From the IMG/VR virus record IMGVR_UViG_2706794697_000002: DNA of 25,552 nucleotides; one strand, given 5' to 3'. The notes below the pieces were generated by a model. It saw only the letters and a list, made by a program, of their open reading frames with translations. It did no database searches and was not told the origin of the DNA. This document shows, piece by piece, positions 10,227 through 24,340 of this stretch. Each line of letters starts with the position of its first letter. Within the stretch, counting starts at the first letter, position 1. Made by a program: the position numbers and the translations under genes. This stretch comes from a virus (taxonomy: Duplodnaviria > Heunggongvirae > Uroviricota > Caudoviricetes).

Positions 10227-10925
10227 TTACTGCGAAAGTTTGTTAATGGAAAGGAAGCCGCCAAAGTTGCCGACGTTATTGCGAAACTTACAGCCACTCA
10301 GGCATTTGCTGCATTTATCCTTCGTGATGTCGGACGTTGGCTGGTCATATTCATCCGCGACCGCCGGACCGTGATAACCGCACTCATCGCCGCGATAGGT
10401 CCAGGTGCAGGTGTTGGCCAGCATGATACGTCCCGGAAAAACAGCGCCATCTGTTTCCGTCGGCGTGGACAGTACAAAAGAGGCACTCACCGCGCTCAGT
10501 TCGCTGCACTGCTCAATGCGCCAGCGGCTGATCACCTCCTGCTCCGGATCGGCGTCACTGTTTCCGTTGACGAAGTTCACCGCATCCAGAAAACGGGCGT
10601 AAACCTTACGCCGGACCACCGTTCCGCCGACCAGACTCTGTAGATCTTCCGCCATCCCGGTGACCATACCGTACAGGTTAGAAACCATCAGCGTGGGGCG
10701 CGTACTGGTGCCTTTGCCATTCAGTTCAAAACCACTCCCCTGAATGGGATACGGCTGATACTGTCGCCCCTGCCAGGTGACCGGCTCACCTTTTTCGTTC
10801 TGCTCATTACAGAAAAAATAACGTTCTCCACCGACCTCTGTCAGATCGATTTCCCAGAGCACCACGCTGGCCGACTGCTCCGCACGGGTGCATTCATTCA
10901 GTGTTTCCTGCCGGATATCCTGCAT
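10227..10925 (-). CDS. L: Tail tip protein L (232 aa)
   Basis: Length and order match lambda L. Confidence 0.92.
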   Translation of the reverse strand: MQDIRQETLNECTRAEQSASVVLWEIDLTEVGGERYFFCNEQNEKGEPVTWQGRQYQPYPIQGSGFELNGKGTSTRPTLMVSNLYGMVTGMAEDLQSLVGGTVVRRKVYARFLDAVNFVNGNSDADPEQEVISRWRIEQCSELSAVSASFVLSTPTETDGAVFPGRIMLANTCTWTYRGDECGYHGPAVADEYDQPTSDITKDKCSKCLSGCKFRNNVGNFGGFLSINKLSQ

Positions 10926-11254
10926 CAGTTCACCACCTGTTCAAACTCTGCGCTGAACTCAACACGCAGCATACTGACCCGCGACGACCATTTTGCGCAG
11001 GTCACCTTTATCTGCCGCCACTCATAAGGCGGCGTCCACAGAAAGGCTTTCCAGCCCCCGTGCTCTTCCAGAAACGACTCCAGTACCATGGCCTCCTCAC
11101 GGGGGACAGAAAGCGTCACGCTGTACGTTTTCAGGTTGGCATTCAGCCCGGCAGGCGCTCGCTGGGAATAGCCATCACCAAAGCGCACCTTTCTTACAGA
11201 AGGGGCCGAAGCCACATCCATACCGGGTTTCACTTTCCAGCGGAAGGTTTTCAT
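10925..11254 (-). CDS. M: Tail tip protein M (109 aa)
   Basis: Length and order match lambda M; overlaps the L start. Confidence 0.92.
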   Translation of the reverse strand: MKTFRWKVKPGMDVASAPSVRKVRFGDGYSQRAPAGLNANLKTYSVTLSVPREEAMVLESFLEEHGGWKAFLWTPPYEWRQIKVTCAKWSSRVSMLRVEFSAEFEQVVN

Positions 11255-13812
11255 CGTCCACCTCCGGAGAACAGGCCACCATCACGCATCTGTGTCTGAA
11301 TTTCATCACGGGCACCCTTGCGGGCCATGTCATACACGGCCTTCATCATCTGTGGACCTGGCAGACCATTCGTACCGTCGTTCTGAATCACCACGTGATT
11401 GTTCTGATTAAAATTAATGCCTTCAGCCCGCCGCATCTGCGCCGGACTTCCGGCACCGCCCACATAACCACCTTCCGCATAGCCGCGCATCAGCCGGTAG
11501 AGATTCCCCACGCCAATCCGGCTGGTTGCCTCCTTCGTGAAGACAAATTCACCACGGTGAACAATCCCCGCTGGCTCATATTTGCCGCCGGTTCCCGTAA
11601 ATCCCCCGGTTGCAAAATGGAATTTCACCGCAGCGGCCTGAATGGCTGTACCACCTGACGCGGATGCGCCGCCACCAACAGCCCCGCCAATGGCGCTGCC
11701 GATACTCCCGACAATCCCCACCATTGCCTGCTTAAGCAGAATTTCTGTCATCATGGACAGCACGGAGCGGGTGAAGCTGCGCCAGTTCTGTTCACTGCCG
11801 GTCAGCATCGCCGCCATATTCTGTGCAATACCATCAAAGGTCTGCGTGGCTGCACTTTTAACCTGTGACATACTGTCCGTGGCGCTCTCTTCCCACTCAC
11901 TCCAGCCGGACTTCAGGCCTGCCATCCAGCTCCCGCGAAGCTGGTCTTCAGCCGCCCAGGTCTTTTTCTGCTCTGACATGACGTTATTCAGCGCCAGAGG
12001 ATTATCGCCATACTGTTCCTTCAGGCGCTGTTCCGTGGCTTCCCGCGCTGCCTGCCGGTCAGTCAGCCCCCGGTTTTTCGCATCAATGGCTGCCCGTTTT
12101 GCCCGTTGCTGCTGTGCGAATTTATCCGCCTGCTGCGCCAGCGCATTCAGGTGCTCCTGATACGTAACCTTGTCACCAAGTGCAGCCAGCTGGCGTTTGT
12201 ACTCCAGCGTCTCGTCTTTATGCGCCAGCAGGGATTTCTCCTGTGCGGACAGCTGGCGACGTTGTGCCGCCTCCTCCAGTACCGCGAACTGACTTTCTGC
12301 CTTCCACAAATCCCGGCGCTGCTGGCTGATTTTCTCATTCGCTCCGGCATGCTTCTCCAGCGTCCGGAGTTCTGCCTGAAGCGTCAGCAGGGCCGCATGA
12401 GCACTGTCTTCCTGACGATCGCCCGCATACACCTTCACGCCGGACTGTTTCGGCTTTTTCAGCGTCGCTTCATAATCCTTTTTCGCCGCCGCCATCAGCG
12501 TGTTGTAATCTGCCTGCAGGATTTTTCCGTCTTTCAGTGCCTTGTTCAGTTCTTCCTGACGGGCGGTATATTTCTCCAGCGGCGTCTGCAGCCGTTCGTA
12601 AGCCTTCTGCGCCTCTTCGGTATATTTCAGCCGTGACGCTTCGGTATCGCTCTGCTGCTGCGCATTTTTGTCCTGTTGACGCTGTTGATCTACCCTCTTT
12701 TGGGCTGCATCCCGCTCCAGGCGTTTTTTTTCACGATCATCCCAGTAACGCGCCCGTGCTTCATCGTTAACGAAATAATCATCCTTGCGCAGATTCCAGA
12801 TGTCGTCTGCTTTCTTAAACGCAGCCTCTGCCTTAATCAGCATCTCCTGCGCGGTATCAGGACGACCAATATCCAGCACCGCATCCCACATGGATTTGAA
12901 TGCACGTGCAGTCCTGTCTGCCCAGGTCTCCAGCGTGCCCATGTTCTCTTTCAGGCGGCGGGTCTGGTCATCAAACCCTTTCGTTGCGGCCTCGTTCGCC
13001 GCCTGCAATGCCCCGGCTTCATCGCCGGAACGCTGCAACTGAGCAACATACGCAATCTGCTCCGCCGTCACGTTATGGAACTGGCGTGCCATCGCCGTCA
13101 GCCCCGACGTCGGGTCTGTGGTCAGCTTCCCGAAGGCTTCAGCGACCTTGTCCACCTCCACGCCGGATGCATAGGAGAAACGCGCCACACTCTGGCTGAT
13201 GGACGCAATCTGAGCCTCACCGCTTACCCCCGCCTTAACCAGTGCGCTGAGTGACTCGCTGGTCTGGTTAAACGTCAGCCCTGCCGCCTGCCCGGCTCTG
13301 GACAGGACCAGCATACGATCTGCCGTCAGTCCCGCCTGATTACCGGAAAGGACCAGCGTTTTGTTGAAATCGGACAGGGTTGAGTTGCCCTGATACCAGG
13401 CATACGCCAGCGCACCGGTCGCCACCGCCAGCGAGGTGGCCCCCACCATCGGCAGGGTGATCGCGCCGGCAAGCCCCCTGAACATGGGGATCATCCCGCC
13501 GAAGGAGTCCTTAACCTGACCACCCTGTTGCAGCAGGATCAGCCAGGGATTCTGCCCCCCTGCAAGCTGCGTGGCCACGTCGGTGAACTGTGCAGGCAGC
13601 ATACGCATGGCGGCTTTATACTGCCCGACGGAAATCCCCGCTTTCTGTGCAGCCAGCGCCTGTCGGCTCAGCGACTGTTCAACGACTGCCGCTGTTTTTT
13701 TCGCATCACTTTCCGTACCGGAAAAATGACGCCTGACTCTGGCCATCTGCTCGTCAAATCTGGCCGCATCCAGACTCAAATCAACGACCAGATCGCCTAC
13801 CGGTTCAGCCAT
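11251..13812 (-). CDS. H: Tail tape measure protein H (853 aa)
   Basis: Same length as lambda H, with coiled-coil-rich composition and a Gly-rich C-terminal region. Confidence 0.95.
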   Translation of the reverse strand: MAEPVGDLVVDLSLDAARFDEQMARVRRHFSGTESDAKKTAAVVEQSLSRQALAAQKAGISVGQYKAAMRMLPAQFTDVATQLAGGQNPWLILLQQGGQVKDSFGGMIPMFRGLAGAITLPMVGATSLAVATGALAYAWYQGNSTLSDFNKTLVLSGNQAGLTADRMLVLSRAGQAAGLTFNQTSESLSALVKAGVSGEAQIASISQSVARFSYASGVEVDKVAEAFGKLTTDPTSGLTAMARQFHNVTAEQIAYVAQLQRSGDEAGALQAANEAATKGFDDQTRRLKENMGTLETWADRTARAFKSMWDAVLDIGRPDTAQEMLIKAEAAFKKADDIWNLRKDDYFVNDEARARYWDDREKKRLERDAAQKRVDQQRQQDKNAQQQSDTEASRLKYTEEAQKAYERLQTPLEKYTARQEELNKALKDGKILQADYNTLMAAAKKDYEATLKKPKQSGVKVYAGDRQEDSAHAALLTLQAELRTLEKHAGANEKISQQRRDLWKAESQFAVLEEAAQRRQLSAQEKSLLAHKDETLEYKRQLAALGDKVTYQEHLNALAQQADKFAQQQRAKRAAIDAKNRGLTDRQAAREATEQRLKEQYGDNPLALNNVMSEQKKTWAAEDQLRGSWMAGLKSGWSEWEESATDSMSQVKSAATQTFDGIAQNMAAMLTGSEQNWRSFTRSVLSMMTEILLKQAMVGIVGSIGSAIGGAVGGGASASGGTAIQAAAVKFHFATGGFTGTGGKYEPAGIVHRGEFVFTKEATSRIGVGNLYRLMRGYAEGGYVGGAGSPAQMRRAEGINFNQNNHVVIQNDGTNGLPGPQMMKAVYDMARKGARDEIQTQMRDGGLFSGGGR

Positions 13813-14643
13813 ACCGGACTCCTCCTGCGATCCCTTCTGATACTGTCATCAGCATTACGTCATCCTCCGTCATGTCCGCCACATCCGGGGAAGCGGGGAT
13901 AACTTCATTCCCGTCCGGGCCAAAGCGGACACCTCCGGCAAGCCCTGCCGCTTTCTGCATCAGCACATCATCTTCAGGCTCTTCGTCAGCCTCGCGCCGG
14001 TTCAGCAGACTGAAATCCAGCGGATGCATCTCCGGATCGCTGAAAAACAGGCTGAGCACGGTGTACGTCAGCCCGGAAAAGTGCATATCCAGCAGAACAT
14101 CATGAAAATAATGGGTACTGTAAAAGCGGTGCCAGTCGGCATACTCCGTGGATGACATCCCGGCAAGCATGGCGCGCCAGTCGGGTCGCCCCATCTCACG
14201 CGCCAGTTTCAGGGCAAAACTCAGCTCACCGTCGAACACTTTCCCGCAGAAACAGGCTCTGCAGGCCCGGCGTCCTCTGCCTGTTCAGGAGCATCATTCA
14301 CCACAAACTCATACATACCGGACAGCCGGTACACCACGTTTTCAGCATGAGAAATTGCCTCTGTGGGCCAGGTGGTAAGCACTTCCTGCTCAATCTGTTT
14401 AACGGCTTCATTCATGGACGGCATCTGCGTCTTCTTCGGATGGTTATGCCACAGGGACATCGCAACCACAAAAGCGCCGGTTCTGATGGCGTCTTCCACA
14501 GTAAACTTCCGGTTGCTGTCTGACTCCGCCTGTTCTGCCTGCCGTTTCATCAGGTCGAGATGCTCAATACGCTGCAGGGCTGACAGTTCAGAAAGCGTGA
14601 CGGTCACACCGTTATGTTCAAATGATTCGGTTTTCAGGAACAT
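13805..14643 (-). CDS. T: G-T fusion tail assembly chaperone made by a programmed -1 ribosomal frameshift
   Basis: The slippery heptamer G GGA AAG sits on the minus strand at 14245..14239. The -1 frame continues as VFDGELSFALKLAREMGRPDW... (track ORF 13805..14239) and overlaps the H start. Confidence 0.85.
14221..14643 (-). CDS. G: Tail assembly chaperone G (140 aa)
   Basis: Length and order match lambda G; ends ...SAGKCSTVS. Confidence 0.92.
   Translation of the reverse strand: MFLKTESFEHNGVTVTLSELSALQRIEHLDLMKRQAEQAESDSNRKFTVEDAIRTGAFVVAMSLWHNHPKKTQMPSMNEAVKQIEQEVLTTWPTEAISHAENVVYRLSGMYEFVVNDAPEQAEDAGPAEPVSAGKCSTVS
14239..14245 (-). other. Programmed -1 frameshift slippery site GGGAAAG (G to G-T)
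   Basis: Heptamer located directly by reverse-complementing 14239..14245; its position relative to the G stop and the T frame is as in lambda. Confidence 0.85.
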
Positions 14644-14658
14644 CGCTGACTCTCCGGA

Positions 14659-15399
14659 TTAACTGGCGGTGACGTTGATTTCTGCAACCGCAGCAAACTC
14701 ACCATTACCAGATACGACCGGAATGTTGACCTTGCCTGCAGCAACACCTTTCACGGTGATGGTCATACCACTGACCGACACGGTGGCTTTTGTTTTATCC
14801 GCAGACACCGCACGGAAGCTCTTGTCGGTTGCGCCATCCGGCTGGAATGCCACGGTCAGCGTGGTGCTCTGCCCTTTCACTACGGAAGCACTGGCGGGTG
14901 TCACCGTCATGCCGGTCGTCGCCGTCACCGTGCTGCGATCTTCTGCCATCGACGGACGTCCCACATTGGTGACCTTCACCGTGCGGGTAATCACCTCCTT
15001 CGCCGTCACCGCCTTACCGATACTGCTGACCCAGCCACGGAACACATCGACCGTGCCGTTCGGGAAGCGGATTTTATAGGCACGGGTATCACCTTCATTA
15101 AACCACGCCAGCAGCGCCTGCTGCCCCTGCTCTCCGGGCATCCACGCCAGCGTGAAGCTGGTATCTCCGGCAGATTTCTGCCCCTGCCCGGTCGCAGTCC
15201 AGTCTGCATCTTCATCATCGAGATAGCTGTCGTCATAGGACTCAGCGGTCAGTTCGCCGGGCGTCAGGTCTTTAACTTTTGCCAGACGCGACCAGTCAAC
15301 GTCTGAAAGCGGGTTCGCATAAGGGTCACCGCTCCCCTTATAAACCCACAGGGTGGTCCCGGCACCTTTCACCGGCATTGTAGGATTTGGTACAGGCAT
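14659..15399 (-). CDS. V: Major tail tube protein V (246 aa from the internal Met)
   Basis: Lambda V begins [12 protein letters not shown]; the track ORF is extended 10 codons upstream by an alternative start. Confidence 0.9.
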   Translation of the reverse strand: MPVPNPTMPVKGAGTTLWVYKGSGDPYANPLSDVDWSRLAKVKDLTPGELTAESYDDSYLDDEDADWTATGQGQKSAGDTSFTLAWMPGEQGQQALLAWFNEGDTRAYKIRFPNGTVDVFRGWVSSIGKAVTAKEVITRTVKVTNVGRPSMAEDRSTVTATTGMTVTPASASVVKGQSTTLTVAFQPDGATDKSFRAVSADKTKATVSVSGMTITVKGVAAGKVNIPVVSGNGEFAAVAEINVTAS

Positions 15400-15406
15400 A
15401 GCGTCC

Positions 15407-15802
15407 TCACATTTCATAGATAATGACATAAGTCAGATCGGCTGAACTCCACAGGCCCGCATCATCGTCGCGCCGGTAGTCATAGCCGCTGGCCACCATA
15501 CTGGTGATCAAATCTGACAGTGCCGGGATATCGCTCATCACAGGATAAATCCGGGACTCCATCCACGAATCCAGCTCTGAATCCGGCACCTGAGCAGGCA
15601 GGAAAACTTCAATATGCAGCTCCGCCTGCCAGGTATCGCTGTCCAGCTCTTCGCCCGTGTATTCAGCGCCGGTGAGATAAACGGCAATTGCCGGAAAATC
15701 TTCCTCATCAAAAACAGCGGGGCGACCATCAAAAAGCGTCGCCCCGGTGTCATGCTTCTCCAGTGCATCCAGTACGGCTGCACGGAGTTCAGTATGTTTC
15801 AT
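15407..15802 (-). CDS. U: Tail terminator protein U (131 aa)
   Basis: Length and order match lambda U. Confidence 0.92.
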   Translation of the reverse strand: MKHTELRAAVLDALEKHDTGATLFDGRPAVFDEEDFPAIAVYLTGAEYTGEELDSDTWQAELHIEVFLPAQVPDSELDSWMESRIYPVMSDIPALSDLITSMVASGYDYRRDDDAGLWSSADLTYVIIYEM

Positions 15803-16377
15803 CGCTTTATTACCATTCTCAGTTGATGCTGCAGCGCATAGCCCAGCTCTTTCGGAAGACGTTCACGCCGTATCCGTTCAATATTCTGTTTAAACGCCGT
15901 GGTCAGCGGCACCGCCATCGGGATTTTCACCACATCAATGGGGTAACGGTTTTTCCCGGCCACACGCTGCATAACATGCCACCGGCCGTTTTTCAGTTGC
16001 TGAATAAACGCGCCGGGAATACGACGGTTACCCACCACAAGCACGCTGCCGCCACCTTTCAGGGATGAACGCTGCCCCTTTTTATGACGCCTGCGGCGGG
16101 ACAGGACAACCCGCGCATTACCCAGCTTGATTACGGGCAAATCCCCCCGGTTAACTTTGATTCTGGCCTGCGGATTTTTGACCGTGGCCCTTTTCAGCCT
16201 GGCCCTTTCCTTTACCAGTTTCCGGCGTACCTTTGTCTCACGGGCAACCTGTGACGCAGACTGCGATATCGCGGATGAAGCAACGCGGTTAATGGCCATT
16301 GCGGCGGCACCGGGCACCGCCGTTTTGCTGATACGGCTGAGGTTTTCAACGGCCTGCTCAAGACCTTTTATGGCCAT
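15799..16377 (-). CDS. Z: Tail completion protein Z (192 aa)
   Basis: Length and order match lambda Z. Confidence 0.92.
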   Translation of the reverse strand: MAIKGLEQAVENLSRISKTAVPGAAAMAINRVASSAISQSASQVARETKVRRKLVKERARLKRATVKNPQARIKVNRGDLPVIKLGNARVVLSRRRRHKKGQRSSLKGGGSVLVVGNRRIPGAFIQQLKNGRWHVMQRVAGKNRYPIDVVKIPMAVPLTTAFKQNIERIRRERLPKELGYALQHQLRMVIKR

Positions 16378-16388
16378 ACATCCCCCTT

Positions 16389-16742
16389 TCAGCGGCGACG
16401 GTTAACGGCAGGCGGTACGCCCCGTCCAAGCCAGAGATGACAACTTCCGCCATCATCCGGCGAAACCCGATCTACCCAGAAATTTTCCTCACCGATGGTC
16501 AGCGTGTCTCCACGCCGCAGCTGCCGCACCTCATCAGTCCGGACAAACAGGGACGGGCTGGAGCCTTCAACGCGCACGCCCTGTCCGGCATAGCTGATAT
16601 TTTCAGGGTCATCAAAAACACCACGTATCACCGCACCTGACTGCTCACCGGATGTCATGGTGGCTGACGTTCCCATGTACCCGCGTATCGTTTCATCGGC
16701 GCGGGCAATGGCAGCATCGAACAGGTTATCGAAATCAGCCAC
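16389..16742 (-). CDS. FII: Head-tail joining protein FII (117 aa)
   Basis: Length and order match lambda FII. Confidence 0.92.
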   Translation of the reverse strand: MADFDNLFDAAIARADETIRGYMGTSATMTSGEQSGAVIRGVFDDPENISYAGQGVRVEGSSPSLFVRTDEVRQLRRGDTLTIGEENFWVDRVSPDDGGSCHLWLGRGVPPAVNRRR

Positions 16743-16753
16743 AGCGCCTCCCG

Positions 16754-17152
16754 TTATTGCATTCTGGCCAGGCCGCGCTCTGTCATTTCGGCTGCCACAC
16801 CGGCAGAGACACGAAACGCCGTTCCCGGCAGCACAAATGCCACAGGTTTATCCCGCGTGGCGTGAAGTGCATCAGTATGCAGCGTCACCAGTGCCACGAC
16901 CGTGACCAGTTCAGCCGTATCCTGAATCACGGTATCCGGCTGCGCTGATACCACCTCATTTTCATGCCCGGTCAGCACATTTTCCCGGCTGAGAGGGGTG
17001 TCCTGACCGGCAGTTTCATCCGTGTCATCAAGCTCTTCTTCCAGCTCTGCCACACGAAGCGCCAGTTCTTCTTTCGTTCCCGTCAAACTGACATCGCGGT
17101 TCAATTGCTCACCCAGCTCCTGAAGACGGGCAATCAGTTCATCTTTCGTCAT
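16754..17152 (-). CDS. FI: DNA packaging protein FI (132 aa from MTKDEL)
   Basis: An AGGAG ribosome-binding site precedes the ATG at 17152. The track ORF is extended by a spurious upstream start. Confidence 0.9.
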   Translation of the reverse strand: MTKDELIARLQELGEQLNRDVSLTGTKEELALRVAELEEELDDTDETAGQDTPLSRENVLTGHENEVVSAQPDTVIQDTAELVTVVALVTLHTDALHATRDKPVAFVLPGTAFRVSAGVAAEMTERGLARMQ

Positions 17153-17193
17153 GAACTCCTCCACAGAGAGAAAATGGCCCCGAAGGGCCATGA

Positions 17194-18219
17194 TTACGCC
17201 AGTTGAACGGACACGAACTCATCAGGATCAGCCAGCAGCATCAGCGGTGCTGACTGAATCATGGTGAACTCACGCGCCGGATCGCCGGTGGTCACCCAGT
17301 TTTTCGGGTAACGGGCAGAAGCGTTAATGCCTTCGCGCTGTGCGTCCGCATCCTGAATGCAGCCATAGGTGCGCAGACCGCGAGCCTGAGTGTTCCCCAG
17401 CACCATCGTGTTGTCCGGCAGGAAGTTCTTTTTGACGCCGTTTTCCACGTACTGTCCGGAATACACGACGATGGCCACATCGCCATACATTCCCTTATAG
17501 GACACCGCTTTGCCCAGGTCTTTTACCGCTGTCTCCAGCTCGGAATGAGAGCCGCGACGGGTATCCAGCTTCTCCTTGACGGCTTTGAAGGAACGGAACA
17601 GCGCCCAGCCTTTCGGGTCAAACACGATGATATTCACCACACCGCTGGCGTTCAGCGCGTAGGCTTCGATATCGTCGGTCGGGTCATACGTGGACTTGTC
17701 ACGCTTGCTCCACTCCGTGACGCCGGACTGTGTGATGTTGTTCGCCGCACTGCGGCCCATATCCACCTCAACCGGATCGAAGGCTTCACCGGTCATGGTG
17801 TATTTGCCCTTGAGCACGGCAGAAACTGCCTGCATCTCTTCGACCTGAGCAATGGCCAGCTCTTCGTCACGCATGTTCTGCATGATGATGCGACGGCGGC
17901 GGTAAGCCGGGTCCGCCAGATTCTGCGGATCTTCATCCGGCAGGCGACGCAGGGTCATCTGCGGATTCACCTCATGCTTGGGTTTGACATATCCCGGCGT
18001 AAATTCAGAGGTGGAGCCGCCACGGGAACGGATAACCTCACCGGAAACAATCGGCGAAACGTACAGCGCCATGTTTACCAGTCCCGGAATTTGTGAGAGA
18101 TAGACTTTCTCCGTAGTGAAGGGATAGCTCTCACGGAAAAAGAGACGCAGAAACAGCGGATCAAACTTAAATTTCTGCTCATTTGCCGCCAGCAGCTGGG
18201 CGGTTGTGTACATCGACAT
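17194..18219 (-). CDS. E: Major capsid protein E (341 aa from MSMYTTAQ)
   Basis: Near-identical to lambda gpE as recalled. Confidence 0.95.
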   Translation of the reverse strand: MSMYTTAQLLAANEQKFKFDPLFLRLFFRESYPFTTEKVYLSQIPGLVNMALYVSPIVSGEVIRSRGGSTSEFTPGYVKPKHEVNPQMTLRRLPDEDPQNLADPAYRRRRIIMQNMRDEELAIAQVEEMQAVSAVLKGKYTMTGEAFDPVEVDMGRSAANNITQSGVTEWSKRDKSTYDPTDDIEAYALNASGVVNIIVFDPKGWALFRSFKAVKEKLDTRRGSHSELETAVKDLGKAVSYKGMYGDVAIVVYSGQYVENGVKKNFLPDNTMVLGNTQARGLRTYGCIQDADAQREGINASARYPKNWVTTGDPAREFTMIQSAPLMLLADPDEFVSVQLA

Positions 18220-18274
18220 AAAAAAATCCCGTAAAAAAAGCCACACAGGCGGCCTTTAGTGATGAAGGGTAAAG

Positions 18275-18607
18275 TTAAACGATGCTGATTGCCGTTCCGG
18301 CAAACACGGTCCGTTTTTTCGTCTCGTCGCTGGCAGCCTCCGGCCAGAGCACATCCTCATAACGGAACGTGCCGGACTTGTAGAACGTCAGTGTGGTGCT
18401 GGTCTGGTCAGCAGCAACCGCAAGAATGCCAACGGCAGCACCGTCGGTGGTGCCATCCCACGCAACCAGCTTACGGGTGGAGGTGTCCAGCATCAGCGGG
18501 GTCATTGCAGGCGCTTTCGCACTCAATCCGCCGGGCGCGGTTGCGGTATGAGCCGGGTCACTATTGCCCAGCGGCTGGTAATGGGTAAAGGTTTCTTTGC
18601 TCGTCAT
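18275..18607 (-). CDS. D: Capsid decoration protein D (110 aa from MTSKETF)
   Basis: Near-identical to lambda gpD as recalled. Confidence 0.95.
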   Translation of the reverse strand: MTSKETFTHYQPLGNSDPAHTATAPGGLSAKAPAMTPLMLDTSTRKLVAWDGTTDGAAVGILAVAADQTSTTLTFYKSGTFRYEDVLWPEAASDETKKRTVFAGTAISIV

Positions 18608-18616
18608 AAACATCCC

Positions 18617-19222
18617 TTACACTGGTGTGTTCAGCAAATCGTTAACGGCATCAGATGCCGGGTTACCTGCAGCCAGCGGTGCCGGTGCCCCCTGCATCAG
18701 ACGATCCAGCGCAGTGTCACTGCGCGTCTGTGCACTCTGTGGTGCTGCGGCCAGAATACGGCGGGCCGTTTCCACGGTCATACCGGGGGTTTCGGCCAGC
18801 ACGCGTGCCTGTTCTTCGCGTCCGTGAGCCTCCTCACAGTTGAGGATCCCCATAATGCGACTGTTTTCTGCCGCAACCGCTGCGGTGATCTGCGCGTTCA
18901 CGTCCGGCTGCGCCGCGCTGGCGTTCTCGCCCTCCGTCGCTTGCACCACGCCAGTAACGTCAGCCTGCGAAGCAGTGGCTGAAACAGTTGTTGATTGAGT
19001 CTCTTTGGTCATTCGCCCTCCTGAGAGACGGGATTTACGTGCATCCAGTGCATCACGCATGACGGTGATCGCATCGGTACTGTTAACAAGTTCATCAGCC
19101 AGTCCGGCATCAATGGCCTCCTGACCGCTGTACACTGCAGCCTCGGTATCCAGCACAGCCTGCACGGACAGGCCGGTATATGCCGACACCTTCTGTGCAA
19201 ACATCCGGCGGGTTGCATCCAT
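18617..19222 (-). CDS. Nu3: Scaffold protein Nu3, nested in-frame in the 3' part of C (201 aa, MDATRRMFAQKV...)
   Basis: An in-frame ATG at 19222 lies 606 nt from the C stop, the spacing I recall for lambda Nu3. That a separate product is made is taken from lambda biology, not shown by the sequence. Confidence 0.6.
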   Translation of the reverse strand: MDATRRMFAQKVSAYTGLSVQAVLDTEAAVYSGQEAIDAGLADELVNSTDAITVMRDALDARKSRLSGGRMTKETQSTTVSATASQADVTGVVQATEGENASAAQPDVNAQITAAVAAENSRIMGILNCEEAHGREEQARVLAETPGMTVETARRILAAAPQSAQTRSDTALDRLMQGAPAPLAAGNPASDAVNDLLNTPV

Positions 19223-19916
19223 CCGGGACTGCAATGTTTCCCGGACATCATCCGGTAGATGGCTGTAGGGGTTGCCATCCACCTTATGGCTGCCGCTGTA
19301 AATCAGCGTGATTTCCACGCCCTGTTTCTCCAGTGCAGCGCCGTAATTACTGTGAGCCATCATGACGCCGATGGAGCCTGTCCGGGCGGTCTGCGTGACC
19401 AGACGCCGGGAGGCGGCACTGGCAAGCAGCTGACCTGCGCTGCAGTTCATGTCATTGGCCAGCGCCCATACCGGCTTTATGTCACGCACACGGGCGATGA
19501 TGTCAGCGCAGTCAAATGCTCCCGCCACCATTCCGCCCGGTGTGTCCATATCGAGCAGAATGCCGTCCACCATCGGGTCGCTGGCAGCCTGTTGCAGACG
19601 GGCGATAATGCCGTTGTAACCGGTCATCCCCGAGTACGGCTGCAGCGCCCGCGTCCGGCTGACCAGCGTGCCGGACACCGGCAGCACGGCGATGCCGTTC
19701 ATTACCTGATAACTGCGGGCCTGTCGTGGTCCGTCATCATCACCGGATAACGCCAGCGCCGCGGGTGCCTCTCCGGCAGTCAGGCTGTCGCCGGATACTG
19801 CATCCGTCAGGCAGCTGATCCCAAGCTGGCCTGCAAGCGCACAAAAGAAAACCCGCGCATAGGCGGGTTCAAGCATCAGCGGCTCATTAAAAGCCATGCT
19901 GGCAATATGCGGGAGA

Positions 19917-19936
<20 letters not shown>
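18617..19936 (-). CDS. C: Capsid assembly protease C (439 aa; GTG start preceded by AGGAGGAG)
   Basis: VTAELRNLPHIASMAF... matches the lambda gpC start. A strong Shine-Dalgarno sits 4 nt upstream of the GTG at 19936; the gene overlaps the 3' end of B. Confidence 0.92.
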
Positions 19937-23617
<3,681 letters not shown>

Positions 23618-23643
<26 letters not shown>

Positions 23644-24163
23644 TCAGCAACCCCGGTATCAGTTCATCCAGCGCGGCTGCTTTGTTCATGGCTTTGATGA
23701 TATCCCGTTTCAGGAAATCAACATGTCGGTTTTCCAGTTCCGGAAAACGCCGCTGCACCGACAGGGGGATCCCGTCGAGAATACTGGCAATTTCACCTGC
23801 GATCCGCGACAGCACGAAAGTACAGAATGCGGTTTCCACCACTTCAGCGGAGTCTCTGGCATTTTTCAGCTCCTGTGCGTCGGCCTGCGCACGCGTAAGT
23901 CGATGGCGTTCGTACTCAATAGTCCCTGGCTGGAGATCTGTCTCGCTGGCCTGCCGCAGTTCTTCAACTTCCCGGCGCAGCTTTTCGTTCTCAATTTCAG
24001 CATCCCTTTCGGCATACCATCTTATAACGGCGGCAGAGTCATAAAGCACCTCATTACCCTTGCCACCGCCTCGCAGAACGGGCATTCCCTGTTCCTGCCA
24101 GTTCTGAATGGTACGGATACTCGCACCGAAAATGTCAGCCAGCTGCTTTTTGTTGACTTCCAT
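23618..24163 (-). CDS. Nu1: Terminase small subunit Nu1 (181 aa)
   Basis: MEVNKKQLADIFGASIRTIQNWQEQGMPVLRGGGKGNEVLYDSAAV... is near-identical to lambda Nu1 as recalled; overlaps the A start by 26 nt. Confidence 0.97.
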
Positions 24164-24340
24164 TGTTCATTCCACGGACAAAAACAGAGAAAGGAAACGA
24201 CAGAGGCCAAAAAGCCCGTTTTCAGCACCTGTCGTTTCCTTTCTTTTCAGGGGGTGTTTTAAATAAAAACATTAGGTTACGGCGAAGAAGAACGGAAACG
24301 CCTTAAACCGGAAAATTGTCATAAATAGCGAAAACCCGCG
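24164..24340 (-). promoter_or_regulatory. cosB-equivalent region between cosN and Nu1
   Basis: The reverse complement aligns almost base-for-base with the first ~190 nt of the lambda genome as recalled (CGCGGGTTTTCGCTATTTATGA.AATTTTCCGGTTTAAGGCGTTTCC...). Individual R and IHF sites were not mapped. Confidence 0.7.

Noticed and set aside
9900-10643. 247-aa plus-strand ORF antisense to K and L
   Set aside because: Antisense to two well-supported lambda genes; low-complexity Ala/Pro/Arg composition with no independent signals.
10993-12636. Several plus-strand ORFs (221, 172 and 176 aa) antisense to M and H
   Set aside because: All are embedded in the tape-measure and M genes on the opposite strand and are Arg/Leu/Cys-rich frame artefacts.
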